Source: a virus
DNA: 33,005 nucleotides
Virus genome (UHGV): UHGV-0112485
Direction: 5' to 3' (one strand)
Shown here one piece after another: positions 17,413-25,827 of the stretch; position 1 is the first letter of the stretch; every line of letters begins with the position of its first letter. Under the pieces are notes generated by a model. That model was not told the origin of the DNA. It did not search any database and saw only the letters and a program-made list of their open reading frames with translations. Both the position numbers and the translations under genes were made by a program.

Positions 17413-17515
17413 CGGTGATCTGCTGACCGCGCTGGATGAAGCGGAGGCGGCCTGGGCGGTCTGCGCCGATAAAGTGGACACGATAATTTCCTGTCAGGAG
17501 CGAAACAGTGAATGA
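17255..17515 (+). CDS. lysC: LysC, Rz1-like o-spanin lipoprotein, nested out of frame in lysB and extending beyond it
   Basis: Signal peptide with lipobox LTLSGC, mature Cys, Pro-rich. +1 frame within lysB, as in P2 lysB/lysC. Confidence 0.65.
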   Translation: MKTRICAAGLVLLCLLTLSGCANVRPSPEVQLTVNGCPRVTQCRLEKSAARTNGDLLTALDEAEAAWAVCADKVDTIISCQERNSE

Positions 17516-17943
17516 ACAAGCCTCAATCCTTACGCCGCGCCCTGAATAGCGCGGTGCCATATGTCCGCGATAACCCGGATAAGCTGCATTTATTCGTGGA
17601 TAACGGATCGGTGGTGGCGACCGGCGCAGCGTCGTTGTCCTGGGAGTATCGCTATACCCTTAACGTGGTGGTCGTGGATTTCAGCGGCGATCAGGGATTA
17701 CTGATGGCTCCCGTGCTGGCCTGGCTGATGGAGAATCAGCCCGATGCTATCCATAACCCGGAGCTGCGCGAAAAACAGTTTACGTTTGAGGTTGATATCT
17801 TGCGCAATGATATTTGTGATATCAGCCTGAATCTGCAACTGACAGAGCGTGTGATAGTCAGCGCTGACGGTGACGTGTCCAGCGTCGAAGCGGTGCCGGA
17901 ACCGGACGAACCGGACGAAATGTGGGCGGTGAGCCGTGGCTGA
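17512..17943 (+). CDS. R: Tail completion protein R
   Basis: 143 aa (P2 R is 155). Order R-S. Confidence 0.75.
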   Translation: MNKPQSLRRALNSAVPYVRDNPDKLHLFVDNGSVVATGAASLSWEYRYTLNVVVVDFSGDQGLLMAPVLAWLMENQPDAIHNPELREKQFTFEVDILRNDICDISLNLQLTERVIVSADGDVSSVEAVPEPDEPDEMWAVSRG

Positions 17944-18382
17944 GCTGCAGGAAGTTGACGCCTGGTTAGATGCGTTGCTGGCGGAACTGGAGCCTGCCGC
18001 ACGTAAGCGCATGATGCGGGAGCTGGCGCAGCAGCTGCGCCGCAGTCAGCAGAAAAATATCAGGATGCAGCGCAACCCCGACGGGACGGCTTACGAGCCG
18101 CGTCGCGTGACGGCCAGAACGAAACAGGGCCGCATCCGTCGGCAGATGTTTGCAAAACTCCGCACCACAAAATACCTGAAAGCCGTCGCCAGCCAGGACG
18201 CAGCAAGCGTCGAGTTTGAGAGTCGGGTGCAGCGCATAGCCCGCGTCCATCACTATGGCCTGCGTGATCGGGTCAGCCGTAAAGGGCCGGAAGTCAAATA
18301 TGCAGAGCGCCGGTTGCTCGGCATCAATGATGAAACAGAAGACATTACGCGAGACGTCTTATTGCGCTGGTTGTCCCGGTGA
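17936..18382 (+). CDS. S: Tail completion protein S
   Basis: 148 aa (P2 S is 150). Confidence 0.75.
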   Translation: MAELQEVDAWLDALLAELEPAARKRMMRELAQQLRRSQQKNIRMQRNPDGTAYEPRRVTARTKQGRIRRQMFAKLRTTKYLKAVASQDAASVEFESRVQRIARVHHYGLRDRVSRKGPEVKYAERRLLGINDETEDITRDVLLRWLSR

Positions 18383-18385
18383 TTT

Positions 18386-18403
18386 TGTGTCAGGGATGAC
18401 ACA
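18386..18403. promoter_or_regulatory. Ogr/B late-activator dyad TGT-N12-ACA (late promoter PV)
   Basis: TGTGTCAGGGATGACACA, about 50 nt upstream of the V start region. Confidence 0.55.
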
Positions 18404-18450
18404 ACCCGCCACGCTGCCGCACTCCCTCCGCGCGTGGCAATCTTGCCTTC

Positions 18451-19023
18451 ATGAATACGCAATTAACCGAAATCATGCGCCTTATCACCAATCTGATCCG
18501 CACCGGCATTGTGACCGAAGTGGACCGGGACGGCTGGCTGTGCCGGGTGAAAACGGGCGACCTCGAAACCAACTGGATTAACTGGCTGACCTACCGTGCA
18601 GGTAAATCCCGCACCTGGTGGTGCCCGTCTCCAGGGGAGCAGGTGGTGCTGTTCAGCCTGGGCGGCAATCTGGAAACAGCCTTTGCGCTTCCGGCCATCT
18701 ACTCCAACGCCTGCCCGCCGCCGTCAGACTCTGAAAGTGCGGACGTGACCGCATACGAGGATGGCGGCTGGTTCGAATACGACCCCGCCACCGGGCGCTG
18801 GATTATTCGCGGCGTGAAAAGCGTGCTGATTGAGTCTTCGCAGGTTGTCTCCTGCAAAACCGGTGAGTTTGTGATCGAGGCTGACACCACCCTAATTAAC
18901 AGCAACGTGATCCTGAACGGCGATGTGACCCACGGCGGCGGCGCGATGACGTCAAACGGCGTCGTTGCTGATAAGCATAAACACCCTGGCGACAGTGGCG
19001 GAACGACGGGAGATCCATTTTGA
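18451..19023 (+). CDS. V: Baseplate central spike (gpV)
   Basis: 190 aa (P2 V is 211). N-terminal OB-fold-like region. Confidence 0.85.
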   Translation: MNTQLTEIMRLITNLIRTGIVTEVDRDGWLCRVKTGDLETNWINWLTYRAGKSRTWWCPSPGEQVVLFSLGGNLETAFALPAIYSNACPPPSDSESADVTAYEDGGWFEYDPATGRWIIRGVKSVLIESSQVVSCKTGEFVIEADTTLINSNVILNGDVTHGGGAMTSNGVVADKHKHPGDSGGTTGDPF

Positions 19024-19382
19024 CGCTCTATATCGGGATGAGCCGCGATACCGGCAGAGCCATAACGGAAACTGACCACCTGCGCCAGTCGGTGCGTGAC
19101 ATTTTGCTGACCCCGCAAGGGAGCCGGCTTGCGCGCCGGGAGTATGGTTCCCTGCTTTCAGCGCTCATTGACCAGCCGCAAAACCCGGCGCTGCGCCTGC
19201 AGATCATGGCTGCGGTGTATGTGGCGTTGCGGCGCTGGGAGCCGCGGCTGCAGCTGGACACTATCACGGTTAACAGCAGCAGCATGGATGGCGCAATGGT
19301 TATTGAGCTGGCAGGCCAGCGTAATGACGGCGTGCCCGTGTCCCTTTCCGTATCGACAGGAGCAGACAATGGCCGTTATTGA
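19020..19382 (+). CDS. W: Baseplate wedge protein gpW (gp25-like)
   Basis: 120 aa (P2 W is 115). Confidence 0.8.
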   Translation: MTLYIGMSRDTGRAITETDHLRQSVRDILLTPQGSRLARREYGSLLSALIDQPQNPALRLQIMAAVYVALRRWEPRLQLDTITVNSSSMDGAMVIELAGQRNDGVPVSLSVSTGADNGRY

Positions 19383-20277
19383 CCTTTCCCAGCTGCCGCC
19401 GCCGCAAATTGTGGATGTGCCGGATTTTGAAACCCTGCTGTCTGAGCGCAAGGCTGAATTTGTCGCGTTATTTCCGGCAGAAGAACAGGAGGCCGTGGCC
19501 CGCACCTTAGCGCTTGAGTCTGAGCCGGTGGTGAAAATGCTGCAGGAAAATGTGTACCGGGAGCTGCTGCTGCGCCAGCGGATTAACGAGGCGGCGAAAG
19601 CCGTGATGGTGGCCTATTCCGGCGGGGATGACCTGGACAATTTAGGCGCGAATAACAACGTACAGCGCCGGGTGATTACGGCTGCGGACGACACCACAAC
19701 GCCGCCAACGGAGGCGGTAATGGAATCTGACGCGGATTATCGCCAGCGCATCCCGGCGGCCTTTGAGGGGATGAGCGTTGCCGGGCCAGTCGGAGCCTAT
19801 GAATATCACGCGCTTAGCTCGGATGGTCGGGTGGCGGACGCGTCGGCGTTCAGCCCGTCACCGGCGGAAGTCGTGGTGACTATTCTGGCCCGCGACGGCG
19901 ATGGTACTGCGCCGGAAGATTTACTGCAGGTCGTCGGTGAGGCCCTGAATGATGAGGCTGTACGGCCGGTGGCGGATCGGGTGAGTGTCCGATCTGCTGA
20001 GATTGTCCCCTATGAAATTGATGCGGTTCTTTATGTCTATCCCGGCCCGGCAAAGGAACCCATCCTGGCGGCCGCGAAAGCGCAGGGTACGGCATATATC
20101 AACGAGCAGCGTCGCCTGGGGCGTGACGTGCGGCTGTCTGCTATCTATGCCGCTCTGCATGTTCAGGGCGTCCAGCGCGTTGAGCTGATGAAGCCCCTGG
20201 CGGACATGGTGTTAGATAAAACGCAGGCGTCATATTGCACCGATTTTAAAGCAGAAATTGGTGGTTCTGATGACTAG
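19369..20277 (+). CDS. J: Baseplate protein gpJ
   Basis: 302 aa from MAVIDLSQLPPPQIVDVPDFETLLSERKAEF, which matches the P2 J N-terminus (302 aa). The ORF track's 19129 start is a spurious upstream extension through W. Confidence 0.85.
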   Translation: MAVIDLSQLPPPQIVDVPDFETLLSERKAEFVALFPAEEQEAVARTLALESEPVVKMLQENVYRELLLRQRINEAAKAVMVAYSGGDDLDNLGANNNVQRRVITAADDTTTPPTEAVMESDADYRQRIPAAFEGMSVAGPVGAYEYHALSSDGRVADASAFSPSPAEVVVTILARDGDGTAPEDLLQVVGEALNDEAVRPVADRVSVRSAEIVPYEIDAVLYVYPGPAKEPILAAAKAQGTAYINEQRRLGRDVRLSAIYAALHVQGVQRVELMKPLADMVLDKTQASYCTDFKAEIGGSDD

Positions 20278-20872
20278 CAGTCTGTTACCGCCGGGGTCGT
20301 CTGCGCTGGAGCGCAGGCTGGCGCAAGCCTGTTCAGGTATCAGTGATTTAAACGTACCACTGCGTGACCTGTGGAACCCGTGGAAATGCCCGGCAAAGTT
20401 TCTGCCGTATCTGGCCTGGGCTTTCTCCGTTGACCGATGGGAGGAAACCTGGACAGAAACCGCTAAGCGGCAGGCGGTCAGCGATGCTTTCTGGATCCAT
20501 CAGCGCAAAGGTACGGTGGCGGCAGTTAAGCGGGTGATCGAGGGGCTGGGTTACTCAATGACCCTTGAGGAATGGTGGGAGGTGGCCGACCCCGCCGGGA
20601 CGTTTCGTCTTGAGATCGATCTGAATGAAATCGGCATCACGGAGCCGATGATTTACGAGCTTGAGCGGATTATTGGCGATGCGAAGCCAGTCAGTCGCCA
20701 TATATCGCAGTTGACGTTATCGGCATCAACTTCTGGCCCGGCAAATATTGGTGCCGCCGTGTTTGATGGTGATGTGATTACCGTTTATCCGCCGGGATAT
20801 AAGCCGGATGACAGTATTTATTACGATGCCACTGCGCATTACGACGAAAATTATCAATATTCCGGGGACTGA
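20270..20872 (+). CDS. I: Baseplate protein gpI
   Basis: 200 aa from MTSSLLPPGSSALE (P2 I begins MSDSRLLPTGSSPLE). Overlaps the J stop. Confidence 0.8.
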   Translation: MTSSLLPPGSSALERRLAQACSGISDLNVPLRDLWNPWKCPAKFLPYLAWAFSVDRWEETWTETAKRQAVSDAFWIHQRKGTVAAVKRVIEGLGYSMTLEEWWEVADPAGTFRLEIDLNEIGITEPMIYELERIIGDAKPVSRHISQLTLSASTSGPANIGAAVFDGDVITVYPPGYKPDDSIYYDATAHYDENYQYSGD

Positions 20873-20873
20873 T

Positions 20874-23759
20874 ATGTCTTTAATCAGCGAAACAGCACAG
20901 TGGGAAAGCGACATTCCGTTAATTAAGCGCGGCGACAAAGTGGCCGGGGGAAATGATGGTCTGGTGAACGTTCAGACCAGTATTCTCGCCGACCGCACAG
21001 CCTACCTGAGAGATCAGCTTAATGCCTACAATGGCCTGTTAAAATCGGGCGAATTACCATTTACCAGTGCGGCGGCAGCGCAGGCCGCAATTGCTGCCGG
21101 GAAAATACCGGAAGGAGGCGTATTCTCCATCCGGTCAACCAACCCTGCGCATTGGGTGGAAGAGGCGAAGAATACAAACGGGGCGGTGACGCTGACCGGG
21201 AAAGCTATTCTGTCAGATTTAATGCAGATGGTCACGGTCAGAGCGTCCGGTAACGACCCCGACGGAACGGCGGCGGGTTTATCCTCGACAACGGCAGAAC
21301 AGCATTTTCTGGTGATTAATCCAGAAGATAAAACATCACCGTTCACGGTGTATAAAAATAATAACGGTGTGGCGGAAAGGGTATCCGATATTATTGGATA
21401 TTCCACAATACAGGGGTTTATTGATGCCGGGTTTATTCCTGAATATCTTGACCCAGCGAGCGGTTATGTCGCTACTTTCCGCGACCCGGTCACGCGTCGC
21501 GCTGCTATTTCCATTACGGTAAAAGGGGAGGTTATCGCCCCGCTCCTGAAGATTGAAGATGGAGTTATTTCACATGAAAACCTTGCGCTTGATTTAAAAG
21601 CGCTGGTACCGACCACGCTCGACCCGGCAACCGGTTATGTTATGGCCTGGATGGACCCGAAATCCCGCCGCTGTGCCCTGCGTGTGAGCGTGTCCGGTGA
21701 AGTCGAAATTCCTCTGATTAAGCTGGGTAACGGCACGATCTCGCTGGAGAAACTGACGCCAGAGGTGCAGGGGTTAATGCCGGTGACACTCGACCCGGCA
21801 AGCGGTTTTGTCCTCGCCTGGGTTGACCCGAAAACCAAACGCTGCGCACTGCGGGTGAAACAGAATGGCGTGGTTGAAATCCCGCTGCTGTCCATTGGTA
21901 AAAACGTGATTACCCTGGACAACCTGACCGAGGAACTGAAAAGCGCCGTTCTGCCGTTTGCACAGGACGTGGTTGATGTTCCACCTGATGCTGTACGCGC
22001 GGTGCTGGCTGATGTTACCGCACGGACGAATGATGCGGATGGTTCTGGCTGGGCGGCGCTGTCACCGCGAGCCTGTCGCGCGCTGTACGGGGTAAACCAT
22101 ACCGGTACAGAGGTTGAATATCGTCGCGCGTTTGGCCTGAAAATCGCCGGGAAAGCACAGGGTACCCCATTTAACCCCGGCTCTCTGGCTTCCCTGCGTC
22201 GTCGCGGGCGGCTGACCAGTACGACCATTGTCACGCCGTCCGGCCAGTTTGTGGCGGGCGATTACTACAGCTATGAGGCGTACAACACCAATTCCAGCGT
22301 GTCAGAGAAAACGCCAGGCATCTGGAACGGAATGCAGGTCTATCTCGGTGATCTGCTTGTATACGATGGCACCGGGTGGAATATCCAGCGCTCCCCAGGC
22401 TCCGGCGCGCCGCGTAAAAACGATACCTGGTATGAAGTCACCGCGCCGGGCGTGTTTGCGGGTATGACACTGGCCGCCGGGGATAAACTCCTTTTTCTCA
22501 CTCTCCAGACGGCAGGGGGCGGTTTTTTGCAGCCGCAGTTTGCTGCCGTTAGTGCCGGGGCTGACCTGCTTTTTTACGCCGGTGAATTTAATCCGTCGGA
22601 GGGGATGCCGTCTCGTCCTCTGCAAAATGTCATCTGGCAGGCGTCCGCAGGGGGCGTGGCTGGTACAGAGAATTTTCGCGCCGGTGACTATGCCCTGTTT
22701 GACGGTAATGCATGGGTGATGATTGCCAATGAAGCCCCTGAGCAGGTTCCAGACGGGAAAAGCATCAGCCTGCGGTGTACCGCCAGTGCTGACGAATGGG
22801 AGTTTCGGCGCGTGGATAAGTCAGCCGCTGCCGTCGGTATTCGCCTGACGTCGCAGGTGGCCTCTGCGATGAAAACCGGGCTGGGTAAAAAGCTGTTGCT
22901 CATCGGTGACTCGATGTTCGGCAGCGGAACATCGGGCAGCACCATTATCGCCGCCACTAACCGCACCGGGGAGGTGCGCTCTTACGGTGGCTCCACTTCT
23001 GATCAGGTGCTGGGCATGTTTAAGCAGGAGGTACTCTCCTGGGGAGACCGCTGGGCGGGCCAGGTGATTGCGGTCTGGCACGGTCAGAATAACCAGCCGA
23101 AAACCGATGTTAACGCCTCGCAAATCCGTGAAGCGTCTTTGCAGATTGCGGCACTGGCCGGTGCGCGTGATATCCGCTGTTTGTTCCTGACCATCATGGG
23201 ACAACGTGAGGCCAGCTGGAACGGCGAGCGACTGGTGTTTCCCCAGCATGAAAACCAGTTTGCGGAAACAGGATACCTGTATGAGCTGACTGAGTGGTAC
23301 CGGCGCATTCTGCCGGGCCGTCATGCTGTGGTGTACGAAATTATGCTATCGGCTGCGACGGATGCCATCGACCCGACGCATCCGGGCATGACTGAAAAGC
23401 AGGTGGCGGCACGATACGGTGTGTTGCCCTGGTCATTCTTCAATAACGCGGTGCTGCCTGGGGCGATGACAACATCCGACATTCACTATGTGGGTACATG
23501 GAGCGCGTCCGGCCTGCCGTCCGGCGGCAATCACGCCGATTATTATCTGCGGATTGCAGGCGGCACCGTGGGAAATGTTCTGGTGAATAACGGCGGTACA
23601 TGGTCAGAGGTGGCGATTGATATCACCCACATGAGCCAGGCAGGAGGGCGGGCGCTGGCTTATGGCGGGCCGGGTTTCAGCCTGGGTGACGGGTACAAAT
23701 CCATTCCGGCACGTGACGGTATCGCCGGAATTCTGATGAACAATTATTTTTTTAAATGA
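20874..23759 (+). CDS. Large tail fibre/tailspike-like protein with 3x57-aa tandem repeats and an internal SGNH-hydrolase (esterase/deacetylase) domain
   Basis: 961 aa from the ATG 1 nt after the I stop. The N-terminus WESDIPLIKRGDKVAGG..NVQTSILADRTAYLRDQL is a prophage tail-fibre N-terminal-type motif. Three repeats of LDPA(S/T)G(Y/F)V..(F/W)(R/M/V)DP..(R/K)R.A(I/L).(I/V)... follow. SGNH blocks are present: LLLIGDSMFGSG (Ser), YGGSTSD (Gly), VWHGQNN (Asn) and DPTH (Asp/His). Confidence 0.8.
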   Translation: MSLISETAQWESDIPLIKRGDKVAGGNDGLVNVQTSILADRTAYLRDQLNAYNGLLKSGELPFTSAAAAQAAIAAGKIPEGGVFSIRSTNPAHWVEEAKNTNGAVTLTGKAILSDLMQMVTVRASGNDPDGTAAGLSSTTAEQHFLVINPEDKTSPFTVYKNNNGVAERVSDIIGYSTIQGFIDAGFIPEYLDPASGYVATFRDPVTRRAAISITVKGEVIAPLLKIEDGVISHENLALDLKALVPTTLDPATGYVMAWMDPKSRRCALRVSVSGEVEIPLIKLGNGTISLEKLTPEVQGLMPVTLDPASGFVLAWVDPKTKRCALRVKQNGVVEIPLLSIGKNVITLDNLTEELKSAVLPFAQDVVDVPPDAVRAVLADVTARTNDADGSGWAALSPRACRALYGVNHTGTEVEYRRAFGLKIAGKAQGTPFNPGSLASLRRRGRLTSTTIVTPSGQFVAGDYYSYEAYNTNSSVSEKTPGIWNGMQVYLGDLLVYDGTGWNIQRSPGSGAPRKNDTWYEVTAPGVFAGMTLAAGDKLLFLTLQTAGGGFLQPQFAAVSAGADLLFYAGEFNPSEGMPSRPLQNVIWQASAGGVAGTENFRAGDYALFDGNAWVMIANEAPEQVPDGKSISLRCTASADEWEFRRVDKSAAAVGIRLTSQVASAMKTGLGKKLLLIGDSMFGSGTSGSTIIAATNRTGEVRSYGGSTSDQVLGMFKQEVLSWGDRWAGQVIAVWHGQNNQPKTDVNASQIREASLQIAALAGARDIRCLFLTIMGQREASWNGERLVFPQHENQFAETGYLYELTEWYRRILPGRHAVVYEIMLSAATDAIDPTHPGMTEKQVAARYGVLPWSFFNNAVLPGAMTTSDIHYVGTWSASGLPSGGNHADYYLRIAGGTVGNVLVNNGGTWSEVAIDITHMSQAGGRALAYGGPGFSLGDGYKSIPARDGIAGILMNNYFFK
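21446..21960 (+). repeat. Three tandem ~171-bp (57-aa) coding repeats inside the large fibre gene
   Basis: Units start near 21446, 21618 and 21788 (CTCGACCCGGCAA(C/G)CGGTT(A/T)TGT...). The units have diverged, but the repeat is clear at both protein and DNA level. Confidence 0.6.
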
Positions 23760-23766
23760 GGTAACT

Positions 23767-24603
23767 ATGGGCCTGCTTAATGAACTCATTGGCGCAAATT
23801 TCACTGACCCGCGACTGCCGATTATTCCGGACTATCCTGGCCTGACGCTCGGATCGCTGGCATTAATGGATGTCTCAGAAATTCCGGCCGATTTTGATTT
23901 TTCGGGCTTTGGGAAAAATATCCCCCTGAATAATCTGGCAAGCAAAGAAGCTGCCACCCTGACAGGGAAAACAAAAGCGGAGCTGGAATTTAGCTGGAAT
24001 AACACGCTGATCACCACGGGTGCCACGCCGGAGGCGAAGTTTGAACGCACGCCGCGCGGCGGTGTTCACGGGATTGTATCGCTGGTTAACCAGACGCTGG
24101 GACACCGTGGCCGGTTTACCTGTCCGGGTATCATGCCGTACATCGCTGAGCACCAGAACGATCATAAATTTGCCGTGTTTGCGCACTATCAGGTCACGCG
24201 GGTGGGAAGTGGCACACCGGCAACCCATACCACGGAAATGCTGATTGCGACGCAGGTTTCCCCTTCATCGAACCGTTTGATTATGGGGCGTTTGCCTAAC
24301 GCGGTATCAGCTGGCCCGGCGCTGTTCAGTCTGCAATCGGACAAAAATGGCAATGATTTCACAGGCAGTATGTATTACCAGGATTTACCGGTATGGGGGG
24401 CGGCGTCGGGATTTAGTTCCCTGGTGAATAATGCCTGTAAGTCCTATGTGCTTTACCGCCTGCACCTTGTGGATATTGACGCATCAGGGATGTCATTTGC
24501 TGAAATCGCAGCAACCGAACAGCAGGTATTCAGCGCCAACTTTGGCGAAGGCGGCAAGTATGCCGGTGACAGTATTCCAACCTCGCCGGCAGCGCTGCCG
24601 TAA
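23767..24603 (+). CDS. Unknown 278-aa protein between the two fibre genes (possible adhesin tip or fibre accessory protein)
   Basis: Good RBS (GAGGTAACT-ATG). I recognise no motifs. It does not resemble the P2 gpG chaperone. Confidence 0.65.
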   Translation: MGLLNELIGANFTDPRLPIIPDYPGLTLGSLALMDVSEIPADFDFSGFGKNIPLNNLASKEAATLTGKTKAELEFSWNNTLITTGATPEAKFERTPRGGVHGIVSLVNQTLGHRGRFTCPGIMPYIAEHQNDHKFAVFAHYQVTRVGSGTPATHTTEMLIATQVSPSSNRLIMGRLPNAVSAGPALFSLQSDKNGNDFTGSMYYQDLPVWGAASGFSSLVNNACKSYVLYRLHLVDIDASGMSFAEIAATEQQVFSANFGEGGKYAGDSIPTSPAALP

Positions 24604-24612
24604 GGGGAGAGC

Positions 24613-25689
24613 GTGAGCATGAATTACTATGCCATTCTCACCGATTACGGGGAGGCGGCGTTTACTAAGGCGGTGGCAACCGGTGAGCCTGTGAATTTTG
24701 CAGAAATGGCGGTCGGTGATGGCGCGGGTATCATCCCGCAGCCGGACAGAACGCGCACAGGTCTGGTGAATGAAGTGTATCGCGGCCCGCTTAACCGTGT
24801 AGTCATTGCAGACCAGAGCGCGAGTGTTATCCGCACAGAAATGATAATCCTGCCGCAAACCGGTGGTTTCTGGCTGCGAGAGGCTGCGCTCTATGATGAT
24901 GCCGGGGAGTGCCTGGCGGTAGCCAGTCTCCCGCCAGTGTATAAGCCGCTTCTGGCAGAAGGGGCCGGGCGGTTGCAGGCCATCAATCTGTGGATAGCCG
25001 TCAGCAAAACAGCCGCGGTGGAGCTTAAAACCGATCCAACGGTCATTATTGCCTCGGTGGAGGAGGTTGATCGTGCGAAAAATGAGGCAAAGGATTATGC
25101 CGACAAGATTGCGGGCCAGCTGGATACGGATATACAGCAGGTGATTGCCGATGCGATAACGGCGGCAAAGCGAGATTTCTGGGAAGATGATAACCCGGTG
25201 GGAACCACCCGCTTTTTTAACCAGAACCTCAATCCCAATGAACGCTGGCCGTGGTCCCAATGGGTGTACACCGGCGAAAACAAAACGATCCGCGTCGGAA
25301 AGGCTGACGGTTCGAACGTCGGGCAGAGCGGCGGCAGCGATAACGTCACACTTCAGCAGGCCAACCTGCCCGCCGTTCAGATTGACGTGAGCGGAGAAAC
25401 CAGCGAACAGGGGCAGCAGGAGCTGACGACATCGGGCAACGGAAGGCACCGGCACAGGGCAGGTGACGGCGCGCCGGGGGATACCTGGCGGGACGCCACA
25501 CACGGAACGGATAACCAGAAATATACGGGGTGGAACTATACCGACTATGCAGAAGACCATCAGCATAGCGTCACGATCCCGCCGCACAAACACTCGACCA
25601 GCGGCAAAACAGCCAGCCTCGGCGAAGGTAAATCGTTCAGCGTGGTGGAATCTCACACGCTGCTGATGTGCTGGAGCCGCGTTGCCTGA
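24613..25689 (+). CDS. H: Short tail fibre with P2 gpH-like N-terminal baseplate-attachment domain and an HxH-motif C-terminal domain
   Basis: The N-terminal ~170 aa (MAVGDGAGIIPQPD..TGLVNEVYRG...GGFWLREAALYDDAGECLAVASLPPVYKPLLAEGAGR) aligns with the P2 gpH N-terminus. The C-terminus carries HRHRAGD...HQHSVTIPPHKHSTSG, HxH metal-binding motifs of the kind found in fibre tips. Confidence 0.8.
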   Translation: MSMNYYAILTDYGEAAFTKAVATGEPVNFAEMAVGDGAGIIPQPDRTRTGLVNEVYRGPLNRVVIADQSASVIRTEMIILPQTGGFWLREAALYDDAGECLAVASLPPVYKPLLAEGAGRLQAINLWIAVSKTAAVELKTDPTVIIASVEEVDRAKNEAKDYADKIAGQLDTDIQQVIADAITAAKRDFWEDDNPVGTTRFFNQNLNPNERWPWSQWVYTGENKTIRVGKADGSNVGQSGGSDNVTLQQANLPAVQIDVSGETSEQGQQELTTSGNGRHRHRAGDGAPGDTWRDATHGTDNQKYTGWNYTDYAEDHQHSVTIPPHKHSTSGKTASLGEGKSFSVVESHTLLMCWSRVA

Positions 25690-25708
25690 TAAATCCCGGT
25701 ATCAGTCT

Positions 25709-25729
25709 GCCCCGATAAGGGGCTTTTTT
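25709..25729 (+). terminator. Rho-independent terminator after the fibre module
   Basis: GCCCC-GATAA-GGGGC followed by TTTTTT. Confidence 0.6.
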
Positions 25730-25740
25730 CTGTCTGCGGT

Positions 25741-25758
25741 TGTGCCATTGACGGTACA
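25741..25758. promoter_or_regulatory. Ogr/B late-activator dyad TGT-N12-ACA (late promoter PF)
   Basis: TGTGCCATTGACGGTACA, about 70 nt upstream of FI. Confidence 0.55.
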
Positions 25759-25827
25759 ACGGCCATCAACGGCTTGCGGTGAATGATTTCCCTACCATGG
25801 GTGAACCCCTAAACAGGAGATTCATTC

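Noticed and set aside
19129-19368. ORF-track N-terminal extension of gpJ (MRAGSMVPCF...)
   Set aside because: It lies inside gpW coding in another frame and is Cys/Arg/Trp-rich. The true J start is the ATG at 19369, which matches the P2 J N-terminus.
20808-20873. Upstream extension of the large fibre ORF (MTVFITMPLR...)
   Set aside because: It overlaps the 3' end of gene I. The ATG at 20874 immediately follows the I stop and gives a sensible N-terminus.
24493-25656. 387-aa minus-strand ORF antisense to the gpH-like fibre gene
   Set aside because: Shadow ORF. Cys/Arg-rich, no RBS. The sense strand has a strong gpH N-terminal match.
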